Shown here piece by piece: positions 19,601 to 29,682 of a stretch of DNA of 32,000 bases. Position numbers and translations under genes: made by a program. The notes beneath the pieces were generated by a model. The model saw only the letters and a list, made by a program, of their open reading frames with translations. It was not told the DNA's origin and ran no database searches. The DNA lies in NCBI RefSeq assembly GCF_000014265.1, contig NC_008312.1:5760001-5792000 (forward strand). The letters run 5' to 3'. Source of the stretch: Trichodesmium erythraeum IMS101 (GTDB lineage: Bacteria; Cyanobacteriota; Cyanobacteriia; Cyanobacteriales; Microcoleaceae). Numbering within the stretch: position 1 is the first letter of the stretch; each line of letters begins with the position of its first letter.

Positions 19601-19810
19601 AAAATATGATCAAAAAAGATGAGCCTATATATTCTAAATAAGACTTATTTAATAATAATTAATAAACTAGATTATTTATATAATAAACATTTAAAAAAAT
19701 AAATTAAAATTCAATTTTTGGTTAATGTTAAAAGTTTTGATTGCTATAATTAAAGAATACCGATAAATAAGTTGATAAAGTCTGGCAAATTAAATGGAAA
19801 ACATATAAAT

Positions 19811-19955
19811 TTTTAGAGTCGTTATCGTGCTATGCAAAGGTTTTTATAATTAAAAATACTAAGATTTTAAATTCTATGATTTTCAATTTTAGTTGTCGTG
19901 CTATGAAAGGTTTTACCATTAAAAATACTAAAATTTAAAACTCTATAGTTTCCAA
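19811..19955. repeat. Imperfect tandem duplication, about 71-76 bp x 2
   Basis: TTTTAGAGTCGTTATCGTGCTATGCAAAGGTTTTTATAATTAAAAATACTAAGATTTTAAATTCTATGATTTTCAA is followed by TTTTAGTTGTCGTGCTATGAAAGGTTTTACCATTAAAAATACTAAAATTTAAAACTCTATAGTTTCCAA. Confidence 0.7.
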
Positions 19956-20113
19956 TTTTAAAAGATTAAATTCAATCAAACTTTGAAGCTAGGAAAATTC
20001 TAACAATTGCGATAGATATAAATCAATTTAATTAGTAAATTCATGATTTATAAGCCCATTTTATAACCGTCATAGCATATAAATTTACATTACTAATTTT
20101 GACAAAAAAGGAA

Positions 20114-20343
20114 GTTCAGCTCATCTTAACAATCATTGAAAAATAGTATTTTTTATGAGTCTATGAGCCTAACAGATTTTGAGATTAATTTAGTAACGAA
20201 AATATATTCCAATTATTAGGTGGCAAAAACCGATAAGATGAAAATTATGTGATATTTATAATTTCTTGAAAAGATTGTATTGCAAGCAGATAATCAAAAT
20301 ATTGATTTGTCAATAAAATTTTAGATGAGCTTGCCCTGGAGAA
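20114..20343. mobile_element. MITE-like non-autonomous element, copy 2 (about 230 bp)
   Basis: Collinear with 11630-11860. Has subterminal inverted repeats AGCTCATCTTAA (20118-20129) and TTAGATGAGCT (20321-20331). Flanked by the direct repeat AAAAAAGGAA (20104-20113 and 20344-20353). Confidence 0.65.
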
Positions 20344-21020
20344 AAAAAAGGAATAGTAATTTTAGGAGACAGCAAGAATCTTTATCTAAAGTTTTAGCTT
20401 TATTTTCTGATTTCCAAAAAGTAGTTTTAAGAGATAAATAATTTTGTAGTATGAAACTATCTAAATATTTAAAATTCAATAAAAGACATATTTTTGTTTT
20501 ATCTTGAAAAAAAGCTTGTATATAAAAATATCAAAATAACTGTAGATAGCTCTAATAGAATTAGGAATAAAGCCGAGAATATCTTTATATTTTGAATGAA
20601 ACAATATTAAGAACTTCAAGTTTTTTATGCTGATAAATATTGCAAAAAAAATACAATAAAAATATAGAGAAAATATGACAGGAAAGGCATAATTTATATT
20701 AACAAATTCATGTGATTTAGAAATAACAATAAATGCTTATGAAAAAAATACGGATATGTATTGAATAAATGTTTTAGCATTTTAAGAAATTAGGGTATAA
20801 TTGGAAAAAGATTCAAGTCAAAGGTGAAGGATTAATTTCCATCACATTATTGATGACTTTAGCTTATTGTTAATACTTAATTTTTGGAAAAAGAACTTGT
20901 GAAAAAGGAGTAGGAAATTATGTAAATTGTCTAACTTAAAAAGGAAGAAAATATCGACGAAATAGCCATTTTCCTATAGTAAATAAAGGTCAATTTTAGT
21001 TAAATTCCTTGTTTATGTTT

Positions 21021-21185
21021 GTAGAAGAAGCAGAGGAATTGATAGCCAATTACCCTCAAAAAACGGCTCAATTATCAGAGAGGTATAAAAGCTACAAACC
21101 ATGTTATGTCAACTTTTTAGTCCTACCTATGACCCCTTCAGGTAAAATTGGGACCTCAAGAGAGAAAAAGTTATTTGGACCTTAA
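21021..21185 (+). pseudogene. Possible C-terminal scrap of an adenylate-forming (AMP-binding/NRPS A-domain) enzyme
   Basis: My translation is VEEAEELIANYPQKTAQLSERYKSYKPCYVNFLVLPMTPSGKIGTSREKKLFGP followed by a stop. It resembles the end of AMP-binding enzymes (...LPxYMxPxxFVxLxxLPxTxSGKIDRxxL). It is short and diverged. Confidence 0.3.
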
Positions 21186-21769
21186 ACCTTTGAAGGTTAA
21201 TATAATCGTTATTTATTTGAGTTTTGGCTGTAGTTTTATCTCATACCTTTCAGAAAGGGGAGAAAATAAAAAAATGTTAGAGGAAGCAGTTTGTGAAGCT
21301 TGGTATCTGCTACCTTCTTCCCTAAAATTAAACAAAATTGAAAACTAGTGGGCAGTTTTAAAGATATAGATAAAACAAAGATTAAAGGAATTTGAGAAAG
21401 TTTCAAATTGTGTCGATAGTGCCTTCAAAAATTGTCCGAAAGTTTTTGGGTAAAACTATAAAATTGGGGCTTATACTATCGACTATCTATACACAAAACT
21501 TATCTTTATAGCACCTACTTTTCATAGGCTAGAAAATATTTTTGATTCTCCTTATATATATGATGAATAAAACATTTCCAGATTTATATCCTCAATTAGA
21601 ATATGTACTAAAGTATAAAGAAATAAAAGAGTATCCTAATAGAATAAAAAAATCATTAAAAAGTTGTGTTTCTTAGAGACTATTTGTAAAAAAAAAGCTA
21701 AAGATAGCTATCAAAAAGTATTCAAGGTAGGAAAGTAGAAAAAATCATGATAATTGTCACATAAATTTC

Positions 21770-22012
21770 TTGAAAATCTTTAGCCAGGGCTCTAAGCCCT
21801 CGCCAGTGAGAACTACTCGAACCTCTACTAAAAAAACCTCTCTCAATGAGGGCCAAAACCAAATGCTAATCAATAGTATATTCTATATTCTTTACTCTAG
21901 TTTTCATTGGCGTTCTTTGCCCCAGAAGCTACAACCTTGGCAAACTGTCTCGACAAAATTTCGTAAATGCCACGGATAGGATATGGTGCTTGGGAACAAA
22001 TCAATCATATGA
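21770..22012 (+). pseudogene. IS5-family (IS427/IS1031 group) transposase N-terminal remnant
   Basis: LINSIFYILYSSFHWRSLPQKLQPWQTVSTKFRKCHG*DMVLGNK matches the conserved VLNGILYxLRTGxxWRDLPxxYGPWQTVYxxFRRWxxxGxW block. It is truncated with an in-frame stop. Confidence 0.5.
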
Positions 22013-22650
22013 TAAAAATAACATTAATCTTTTTTTGCTGTTACAACAGATTTTGGGCAAATTATGTATATGTATTTTGTCAAAATCATGTAGTGCAAGC
22101 ATATTGACCGAATTAGAGTACCTCATAATAACAGAAAGCGCTGTATGTTATTACTGAATTTATTGCTATAATTATTGGTGTGATTTTGGCAGGGTTTATC
22201 GTACATTTTATTACATAGTAAAATTATGACTTTTCGTAAGCTGTCTCTTCTGAAAAATATGTATAAAAATTCAAAGTTATATTAGTACTTTATAAATTAA
22301 AACTGGAAAATACAAAGTTCTTCTAAAAAACTATTAGCTATAAAGACTGAAAGTATTATAGGAATAGCTAAAGAAACTGGTTTAACTACCTACAAGTGAA
22401 AGATTAAACAATACTTTGACTTCAAATAATTTATCGCACAATGTTAGGAAAACTTGATCTTTATTCTCAGAAGGCGCGAAAATTACTTGGGTGCTATGAG
22501 AATATTTTATTAATCATTATAATCAGGCAATGGCTTCACCGTAATTTGATCATACAGGAATACCAAGCATATATAGTAATTAAACATTTTAGGCAGAAAT
22601 AAGCACTTATAAAAAAATTACCCTCAGTAATTTTATGTGATATTCTAATA

Positions 22651-23767
22651 TATAGCAATCCCATATTGGTCGCAACAGATATAATAGTAAGAATAACAGA
22701 TCTAAGAAAAAGACAAAAAATGAATATTATAGATAAACTAAATGATTTTATTAATCAAACAAAAGAGTCTAAAGAAATTAAAAGGGCCTTGGCCGTAAAA
22801 ATGACCTTGTCAGGAAAATCCTACCATGAAGTCAAAGAATTATTAAATGTTTCTCACAGTTTTATTAGTGAATGGAAAAACCAAGCATTATTTCATGGTG
22901 TAGAAAGTTTAAGGCTTCAGTATCAAGGGAGACAAGGTTACTTAAAAACGGTCGAAAAAGAGAAAACAATTGAGTGGTTGAGAGCACAAGATTATCTTAG
23001 GTTATCAGATTTAAAAAACTACTTACAGGAGCAATATGATGTGGTTTTTGAGTCTAATCAAAGTTACTATAACTTGTTTAAAGAAGCGGGCATAAGTTGG
23101 AAAAAAACTCAAAAAAAGAATCCTGCTAAAAATGATGAATTAGTAGAAGTTAAAAGAAAAGAAATACAGGAATTTTTAGCTAAATGGCAACCAGAAATAG
23201 AAACTGGAAAGCTTACAGTGTTTATGATTGATGAATGTCATCTTCTATGGGGAGACATATTAGGTTATGCTTGGGGAAAAACAGATGAAAGAATAGAAAT
23301 TGCAATTAAAAATGAAAAAGAAAGACAGACTTATTATGGAGCTTTAGACTATAAAACCAAGGAATTTCTTGTGCAAGAATATGAGAGTGGAAATACTAAA
23401 AATACTATTGAATTTATTAAATATTTGCAGAAGCAAAGACCGGGCAACAAATTGGCAATATTTTGGGATGGGGCAACTTACCATAACTCTCAAGAATTTC
23501 GAGAATATTTAATGACAATTAATCAATACTTATCAGAAGAAGAATTGTTGATAAATTGTACAAGATTTGCTCCCAATGCTCCGGAGCAAAATCCTGTTGA
23601 AGATATTTGGTTACAAACCAAAAATTTCAGTATTACTTTTTATCATCTTTGCAGTTCTTTTAAAGTAGTTAAGTGGCTATTTAAGTTTTTTGCGGATGGT
23701 CAAATATTCAATTTCCCAAAACTTTTTCAGTATGAAATTTTGCCGCAACCTACTTAGGATTGCTATA
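22651..23767 (+). mobile_element. Intact IS630-family insertion sequence (1117 bp) with TA target duplication
   Basis: The left end TATAGCAATCCCATATTGGTCGCAAC (22651-) and the reverse complement of the right end TATAGCAATCCTAAGTAGGTTGCGGC (-23767) share 11 identical terminal bases and are then imperfect. TA lies on both flanks (22649-22650 and 23768-23769). Confidence 0.85.
22720..23757 (+). CDS. IS630-family transposase (HTH + DDE)
   Basis: The ORF track starts at TTG 22666, which lies inside the terminal inverted repeat. The ATG at 22720 (MNIIDKLNDF...) is more plausible. Contains HTH-like KRALAVKMTLSGKSYHEVKELLNVSHSFISEWK and DDE-region blocks VFMIDECHLLWGD, LAIFWDGATYHNS and APNAPEQNPVEDIW. 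Confidence 0.85.
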   Translation: MNIIDKLNDFINQTKESKEIKRALAVKMTLSGKSYHEVKELLNVSHSFISEWKNQALFHGVESLRLQYQGRQGYLKTVEKEKTIEWLRAQDYLRLSDLKNYLQEQYDVVFESNQSYYNLFKEAGISWKKTQKKNPAKNDELVEVKRKEIQEFLAKWQPEIETGKLTVFMIDECHLLWGDILGYAWGKTDERIEIAIKNEKERQTYYGALDYKTKEFLVQEYESGNTKNTIEFIKYLQKQRPGNKLAIFWDGATYHNSQEFREYLMTINQYLSEEELLINCTRFAPNAPEQNPVEDIWLQTKNFSITFYHLCSSFKVVKWLFKFFADGQIFNFPKLFQYEILPQPT

Positions 23768-23966
23768 TAGATATATGGTATAAAAGATTCAACTTTAAAA
23801 AATGTGTAATTAATTTTGTTGATCTGTTTTCTAATATATAGATATATAGTATAAAAGATTTAACTTTAAAAAATGTGTAATTAATTTTGTTGATCTGTTT
23901 TCTAATATATAGATATATAGTATAAAAGATTTAACTTTAAAAAATGTGTAATTAATTTTGTTGACC
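23764..23966. repeat. Tandem repeat, 71-bp unit x 2.9
   Basis: ATGTGTAA recurs at 23802, 23873 and 23944. The unit is TATATAGATATAT(G/A)GTATAAAAGATT(C/T)AACTTTAAAAAATGTGTAATTAATTTTGTTGATCTGTTTTCTAA. The first unit abuts and overlaps the right end of the IS630. Confidence 0.9.
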
Positions 23967-24150
23967 TATTTACAAAGCTATAAATTTTGATTTGTATCAA
24001 TAATCTCTAAAGATATTTTTAGTAACTAAACTATTCGATAAACAACTTAATTGCAGCTATCTAATAAACATAGAATTATCCTACTATTTATTGCGGCTAA
24101 AAAAAATCTAATTTTATCCTAATTACCTACAGCTATATCTCATAAATTTT

Positions 24151-24537
24151 ATGGAACCACCAATTGAAAGAATACGACTTTCTCAAGTAGCTAAAGAACA
24201 GTTAACTAAGCTTAAACGTAATACTAAAATTGACCAGTGGAATATCCTTTGCCGTTGGGCATTCTGTTGTTCTTTGGCAGAATTAAGCATTCCCTCTCCA
24301 GTGCCAATTCCTGCTGATAGCAATTTAGAATTAACATGGAGAATTTTTGGAGGGAAATTTGCTGATATTCTTTTAGTAGCTCTTAAGCAACGTTGCCATA
24401 ATGATGGAATAGGTATAGATCAAGAAACCCTAGCTAGTCAATTTCGTCTACACTTACATCGAGGTATTGGATATTTAGCTGGTGATCCAAACATCAAAAA
24501 TATAGAAAAGTTAATCGTAACTGTTCTTGACTCATAA
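24151..24537 (+). CDS. dndE: DndE-like protein (DNA phosphorothioation system component), orphan
   Basis: The 128-aa ORF reads MEPPIERIRLSQVAKEQLTKLKRNTKIDQWNILCRWAFCCSLAELSIPSPVPIPADSNLELTWRIFGG...FRLHLHRGIGYLAGD. This fits my recollection of the DndE family pattern (RLSQxxKxxLxxLKRxTGIxxWNxLCRWAxCxSLAE...DSNxExxWxxFxG...HLHRGIxYL). No dndA/B/C/D-like ORFs occur anywhere in the window. Confidence 0.75.
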   Translation: MEPPIERIRLSQVAKEQLTKLKRNTKIDQWNILCRWAFCCSLAELSIPSPVPIPADSNLELTWRIFGGKFADILLVALKQRCHNDGIGIDQETLASQFRLHLHRGIGYLAGDPNIKNIEKLIVTVLDS

Positions 24538-24705
24538 ATTAAATCAAATACAAAGCATTTTATTCAGAATCTGAAGTAGAAAGTTAGGAAAATTGAGCTA
24601 AGATTATAATTGCTACCGTCGTCAAAATAAAATTTACTTAATCTCAAGAAAAGTGTGAAAACGATAGGATAAGTATCATTCCTAAATACTCTAAATTATT
24701 ATGGA

Positions 24706-25400
24706 ATGTTCTTTATTATGGAATGTTCTTTTTGTGGCCATAAGAGAATTCATAAGCATGGAAAGACTCGTAATGTTATCAACGATATTATTGTCCTTAA
24801 TGCCTACAAACTTTCACCTACAATGCTGACACTTTCTACTACTGGCAAAAAGCTGGACATAAGAAAATTTCCATGGTTCTACAGACTCATGTTGAAGGTA
24901 ATAGCTTAAGATGAATTAGTCGAACAGTGAATCTGGCCTATAATACAGTAGTCAGTTTGGTGAGGGCAGCCTCTTAAGAAAAACAAATGATTCATAATGG
25001 CCGTGTAGAAAATATGAAAACCTCACAGGTTAGCAATAATGAATTTTGGTTATTTGCGCAAAAAAAACAAAAACATTGTCACATGAATGAATTGACAGAA
25101 GGTAACTGTTGGAGAGGTATGACTTAAGCCTCATTCAGTCAATTAATTTTTGGGTAAGCGAATAAGTTAACATACTGACCAGTTTATTTAAATTAATTCT
25201 CAATACAGAAGGGAAAACTAGCTGTAAACAATGGCATACATATAATTGGGGAGAGTATAAACGAGCCCTAACCCGAGAAACAGAGCACATTATTGATCAA
25301 AACAAAACCCAGCATAGGCATGGGGAAATTTGGAAAAGTCTGGCCACATCATAGAGAGAACCATTAGGTTAGCTCACCCTTACTTCAATTAGATTTGGAT
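24706..25400 (+). pseudogene. IS1-family-like transposase pseudogene
   Basis: Multi-frame reading gives MECSFCGHKRIHKHGKTRN..., HVEGNSLR*ISRTVNLAYNTVVSLVRAAS, QVSNNEFWLFAQKKQKHCHMNELTEGNCWRGMT and CKQWHTYNWGEYKRALTRE.EHII. These correspond to a zinc-finger InsA-like N-terminus and the DExWxFxxKK ... TDxWxxY blocks of IS1-type transposases. Several stops and frameshifts are present. Confidence 0.55.
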
Positions 25401-25913
25401 CCATACTCGTAAAGACAATACAGCAGTATAGAGGTTAGGATGAGCAATTATACCGTGGAGTTGGAATGACTTAACTCATCATCCCAAACCTTGCGCTCTG
25501 GACTAACCTCTCAGGAAGCCTTTGAATTAGCAGGAATGATTGAAATTGGTGTAAGTCTTGGAGGAATAATAGTTAGCTAAAAACCAAAATAGACATCTAA
25601 TTATCTAGCTTGAAAAAGTCTTTCCTTTCCAAAAAATTTGCTAAATAACTTGACAAAATTTAAAAAGTAAAGTTTAATATAATTTTAAAAAAAGTTACTG
25701 AGTAAAATTAGTCTATGATGCTTGTTCAATAAGGACTTTACCTCAAAGATTTCATTCGATGAGACAAACAACTCCTAATGCCATGCCTCCTTGCTTTTAA
25801 AGATGGTACCGATAGTTTGACAATTCTTGGAAAAATCCACCTCAAAAAATAAGATTCTCTGTCATGGTATAGGTAGATTACTAGGAGATAGTTAAAGGAA
25901 AAATATATTCTAA

Positions 25914-26680
25914 ATGGCCAATAAATCCATTGGAGTAGTTTATAACTGGCTACATCATTTAATCCCAGATTCTCCTTGGGAACCTACTAAAATCAATCAA
26001 CCTCGCCTAGAAAGAATGAATAAACCTTCTCAAACTAAATCGTTTTTTGTGGAGTAGGAACAATACATTGGAGAAATGGGTAAATTAGATCAACATTTAA
26101 GTTTTTTGCCAGAGCTCAAAGATGATAAAATTTTTTAGAAAAAACAGGATTAAGGAATAGTATAAATAGACTTTACTCTGACCAGAGCTATAGACTTTTA
26201 GACTTTACTCTGACCAGAGCTCATCGTTTAAGAATAGTCTTAATTCATTCTGGATTAAGCAATAATACAAGATTTTTGAAAAAACTTGAAGACTGGGAAT
26301 TAAAATATGCGCGGAGGCATCACCAAAAATTTAAAAATAGTAGTTAAACAAAAATTATCTCAAGAAATAGAAGCTAGAAGAGATGAAGCCCTCTAAAATT
26401 AGACCAATAAAATAATTTTAGCCAGTTATCTTAAGTGTAGAAAAACTAAAAATAGTTTGGGTGAGTAAATTTAAAGGTTGAATTTCACCTCTTCAATATG
26501 AATTCTATTTATATAGAAAAAGCAACAGAAATTAATTATTTTATTACCAATATTGAAAGATAAAAAGTGACATCTGAATGGATAGCAAATACCTACTCAA
26601 ACAGAAACTGGATAGAGGTTTTGTACTGAGAGAGGCTTATGATGGCTGAGATTAAAATAATATCAAGTAAGAAATAAATG
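25914..26680 (+). pseudogene. IS701-family transposase pseudogene with internal deletions
   Basis: Three fragments lie in the same orientation. VYNWLHHLIPDSPWEPTKINQPRLE matches GLHHFLTTSPWD...LRLE. EQYIGEMGKLDQ matches KRQYIGNLGKIEN. NTYSNRNWIEVLY*ERLMMAEIKII matches FYGLRTWVEYGLKQSKNELGWSDFRLT. The remnant spans only about 0.77 kb and has many stops. Confidence 0.55.
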
Positions 26681-27327
26681 GAGACAAGATAGACATCTTA
26701 TATTAGTATGTAACTGCTTATAATTTTATCACTTAGGATAAGCTAAATGGAGGATAACAAAGGTAATGTAGGAATAAACCTTTGAAGATATTTACTGATG
26801 CTGATAAAGTTTTTCGTACAGCTATATCTTTCCGTTTTTTTAATTGGTTAACTAATAATCGTATTCGTTTTTGCCTCTCACAGAAAAAGTTTGGGCTATA
26901 TTTGAGGTTAAAAGTTGTGTAATTCCCACTATAAAGTACATATTTAGTAACTTGTGTAACAAGAGAATACTCCTGCCCAACTAAGAGCTAAAAGACATCA
27001 AAACAAAAGATATGGTTAGTTATAAGTTAAGGTAAATTAAAAAAAAATAGACATTGGTGTTGTTATAGTGAGAAGAGCGAGTAAGGCAAATTCTCCAAAC
27101 TATCAACCACAATTTTCTTACCATCAAACAGCAAAACAATGCTTACAATTATCCTCAGTCTAATTGATGATGCTTACAGATTTAAATTGTAAGCTTTGAT
27201 GTGGTTAAATTTGCCACGAATTATTATTGAGACTTAATCAGGGTTTGTTGTTCTTAGTATGTTTAAGAACTAGGAGACCAAAATACTAATCCTAACCAAT
27301 TTCCCCACCTACTTCCCCCAAATGAGG

Positions 27328-28164
27328 TCAACTGCTCTTAATATAATTGTTTAAGAGCAAAGGAAAAAAATGCCCTATAGGGCCTTGACCTTGACCAATT
27401 TCTAAAGCATACTGTAGAGAACTTGTGACATAATTCTTAGCCATTGTAACTGCGGAAAATAAATCTTGTCCTTGAGCTAAATTGGCAGCGATCGCTGCTG
27501 AAAGAGTACAACCAGTACCATGAGTATTATTAGTATCAACTGTAGAAGTTTTCAAAGTTTCAAAAGACTCCCCATCAAACCAAACATCTACTCCTCGTAA
27601 ATTATGCTTCAGAGCACCTCCCTTAACCAGAACAGTATTAACTCCAAACTTATGAATTTTCTCAGCCGCCAATTTCATATCATTAATATTGTTAATATCT
27701 AAACCCGCCAAAATCTGGGCCTCATAAATATTAGGAGTAACAATACTGGCCTTTGGAAGCAAAAAATCCCGTAAAGCAGCCACAGCAGAATTATCAATCA
27801 ACTGAACACCTGCACGGGATACCATTACCGGGTCTACCACCAATTGTTTTAAACTTAAAGTTTCCAACACCTCAGCCACAACCAAAATAATATCTTGGTT
27901 AAGTAACATTCCTGTTTTAGTCGCCTGAACACCTATATCTTGAACAACCGCTTCAATTTGAGCTTTAACCACCTCTGGCAACAAAGCATCAAGCCTATTC
28001 ACTCCCAAAGTATTCTGAGCAGTAATACAAGTCAAAGCACTTGTACCATGAACACAGTGAAAAGCAAAAGTACGCAAGTCCGCCTGAATGCCTGCTCCAC
28101 CGCCACTATCGGAACCAGCAATAGTCAAAGCAACAGGAATACTTGATGCCATAAAATCAGCCAT
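27328..28164 (-). CDS. thiD: Bifunctional hydroxymethylpyrimidine kinase/phosphomethylpyrimidine kinase ThiD
   Basis: 278-aa ORF with ALTIAGSDSGGGAGIQADLRTF and NTHGTGCTLSAAIAANLAQG, typical ThiD/PdxK-family motifs. It starts 57 bp downstream of ftsZ on the same strand. Confidence 0.92.
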   Translation of the reverse strand: MADFMASSIPVALTIAGSDSGGGAGIQADLRTFAFHCVHGTSALTCITAQNTLGVNRLDALLPEVVKAQIEAVVQDIGVQATKTGMLLNQDIILVVAEVLETLSLKQLVVDPVMVSRAGVQLIDNSAVAALRDFLLPKASIVTPNIYEAQILAGLDINNINDMKLAAEKIHKFGVNTVLVKGGALKHNLRGVDVWFDGESFETLKTSTVDTNNTHGTGCTLSAAIAANLAQGQDLFSAVTMAKNYVTSSLQYALEIGQGQGPIGHFFPLLLNNYIKSS

Positions 28165-28221
28165 AACAATTAATATAATTTATAGAGAGTTAGATATCAA
28201 GAAATTTCCTTTGCTTTAATC

Positions 28222-29493
28222 TTACTTATTAGATGGATTTCGTCGCCTTTGCAGAAAGTCAGGAATATCTAATCCTGGCAACTTTCTTTGTGGTTCTGGT
28301 GTAGAATTAGGATTCTGGGTAGGATTTGGTACTGGTCGTCTTGGTTGTACTTTTTCCTGGATAGGTTGAGTTTGTACTTCCCCACTAAAACCAGTAGCTA
28401 TGACAGTGATTTTAATTTCTCCCTGAAGTTTATCATCAATTACAGCCCCAAAAATAATATTAGCATTAGGATCTACAACTTCATAGATAATTTCAGCAGC
28501 AGCATTAACCTCATGTAAAGTTAAATCAGTACCACCAGTAATATTAAATACAACCCCTTTTGCTCCTTCAATGGAAGACTCAAGCAAAGGAGAAGAAATT
28601 GCCGCATTTGCTGCTTCCCTTGCCCTAGACTTACCAGACCCCATACCAATTCCCATCAATGCCGAACCAGCATCGGCCATAACTGCTCTAACATCAGCAA
28701 AGTCAACATTTACTAATCCAGGTACAGTAATAATATCTGAAATTCCCTGTATACCTTGACGTAAGATATCATCTGCAATTATGAAAGCCTCCTGTACTGG
28801 AGTTTGGTCATTAATTACAGATAGCAAACGATTATTGGGGATCACAATTAAAGTATCTACTCTAGTTTGTAGAGCAGTAATTCCTTCATCAGCCTGAGTA
28901 ATTCGGCGTCGTCCCTCAAAAGTAAAAGGGCGAGTCACAACACCCACCGTCAAAGAACCTGCTTCTTTAGCAATTTCAGCTATAACTGGAGCTGCACCAG
29001 TACCTGTACCACCTCCCATTCCAGCAGTAATAAATACTAGATCTGGATGGTCTAAAGCATTAGCTATTTCATCTCTAGATTCTTCAGCAGCTTTTTGACC
29101 AATAGCGGGATTACCCCCTGCCCCCAAACCTCTTGTGAGCTTTTGTCCAAGTTGTAAGCGTTTAGGAGCGCGTGAGAGAGTTAATGCTTGGGCATCTGTA
29201 TTAACCGTCCAAAATTCTATACCAGATACCTCACTAGCAATCATTCGGTTAACAGCATTGCCGCCACCTCCTCCTACGCCAATTACTTTAATTTTTGCCG
29301 TATTACTTGGCACAATATCATCACTCCTGGATTCTTCCTTTATTATACCTTTGGGGTCATAATTTTGTTCTCCATAAAATCCTGAGCTATTACGAAATGG
29401 GTTAGATACATTGTTTGGCAATGGAAAATTTCCTTGTCCTTGATATTGGGGACTTTCATAGTATTTGACCCCTTGTTTATTATTAACTATCAT
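28222..29493 (-). CDS. ftsZ: Cell division protein FtsZ
   Basis: 423-aa ORF with the tubulin signature [27 protein letters not shown], a cyanobacterial-type N-terminal extension and the conserved C-terminal peptide [10 protein letters not shown]. Confidence 0.98.
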   Translation of the reverse strand: MIVNNKQGVKYYESPQYQGQGNFPLPNNVSNPFRNSSGFYGEQNYDPKGIIKEESRSDDIVPSNTAKIKVIGVGGGGGNAVNRMIASEVSGIEFWTVNTDAQALTLSRAPKRLQLGQKLTRGLGAGGNPAIGQKAAEESRDEIANALDHPDLVFITAGMGGGTGTGAAPVIAEIAKEAGSLTVGVVTRPFTFEGRRRITQADEGITALQTRVDTLIVIPNNRLLSVINDQTPVQEAFIIADDILRQGIQGISDIITVPGLVNVDFADVRAVMADAGSALMGIGMGSGKSRAREAANAAISSPLLESSIEGAKGVVFNITGGTDLTLHEVNAAAEIIYEVVDPNANIIFGAVIDDKLQGEIKITVIATGFSGEVQTQPIQEKVQPRRPVPNPTQNPNSTPEPQRKLPGLDIPDFLQRRRNPSNK

Positions 29494-29682
29494 TATTGGA
29501 GATGGTAGATATACAGTTTTTTCTCTCAGTCGGTTTATAGTTTACCAGGATAGCTCTTAACTATAGATTAATGAATCATATTCTAAAATATGTTGTACTA
29601 TAATCCAAGAATCTGAGTATGTTTATTAATTTTTCTTTGTTCTTAGCTAGCTGAAGGGTATCTTTCGTGAATTTTTATAGAT

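Noticed and set aside
20400-21000. Possible third paralog of the region upstream of the RTX gene (shared CAAAAAATACAATAAA-like string with 10345-10365)
   Set aside because: Similarity is limited to a short A-rich stretch and I could not establish collinearity by eye. It is probably chance in low-complexity DNA.
22666-22719. TTG start at 22666 for the IS630 transposase
   Set aside because: It lies inside the left terminal inverted repeat. The ATG at 22720 gives a protein of normal IS630 length.
25650-25678. Near-consensus sigma-70-type promoter TTGACA-N17-TTTAAT upstream of the IS701 remnant
   Set aside because: In DNA this AT-rich, -10-like hexamers and occasional TTGACA occur by chance, and it precedes only a dead transposase. 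It is not reportable without TSS data. The same caution applies to promoter-like hexamers inside the 430-bp and 73-bp units.
28165-28221. TPP (thiamine) riboswitch upstream of thiD
   Set aside because: Only 57 bp separate ftsZ from thiD, which is too short for a THI-box aptamer (about 100 nt). I could not find the conserved CUGAGA/ACCUGA elements.
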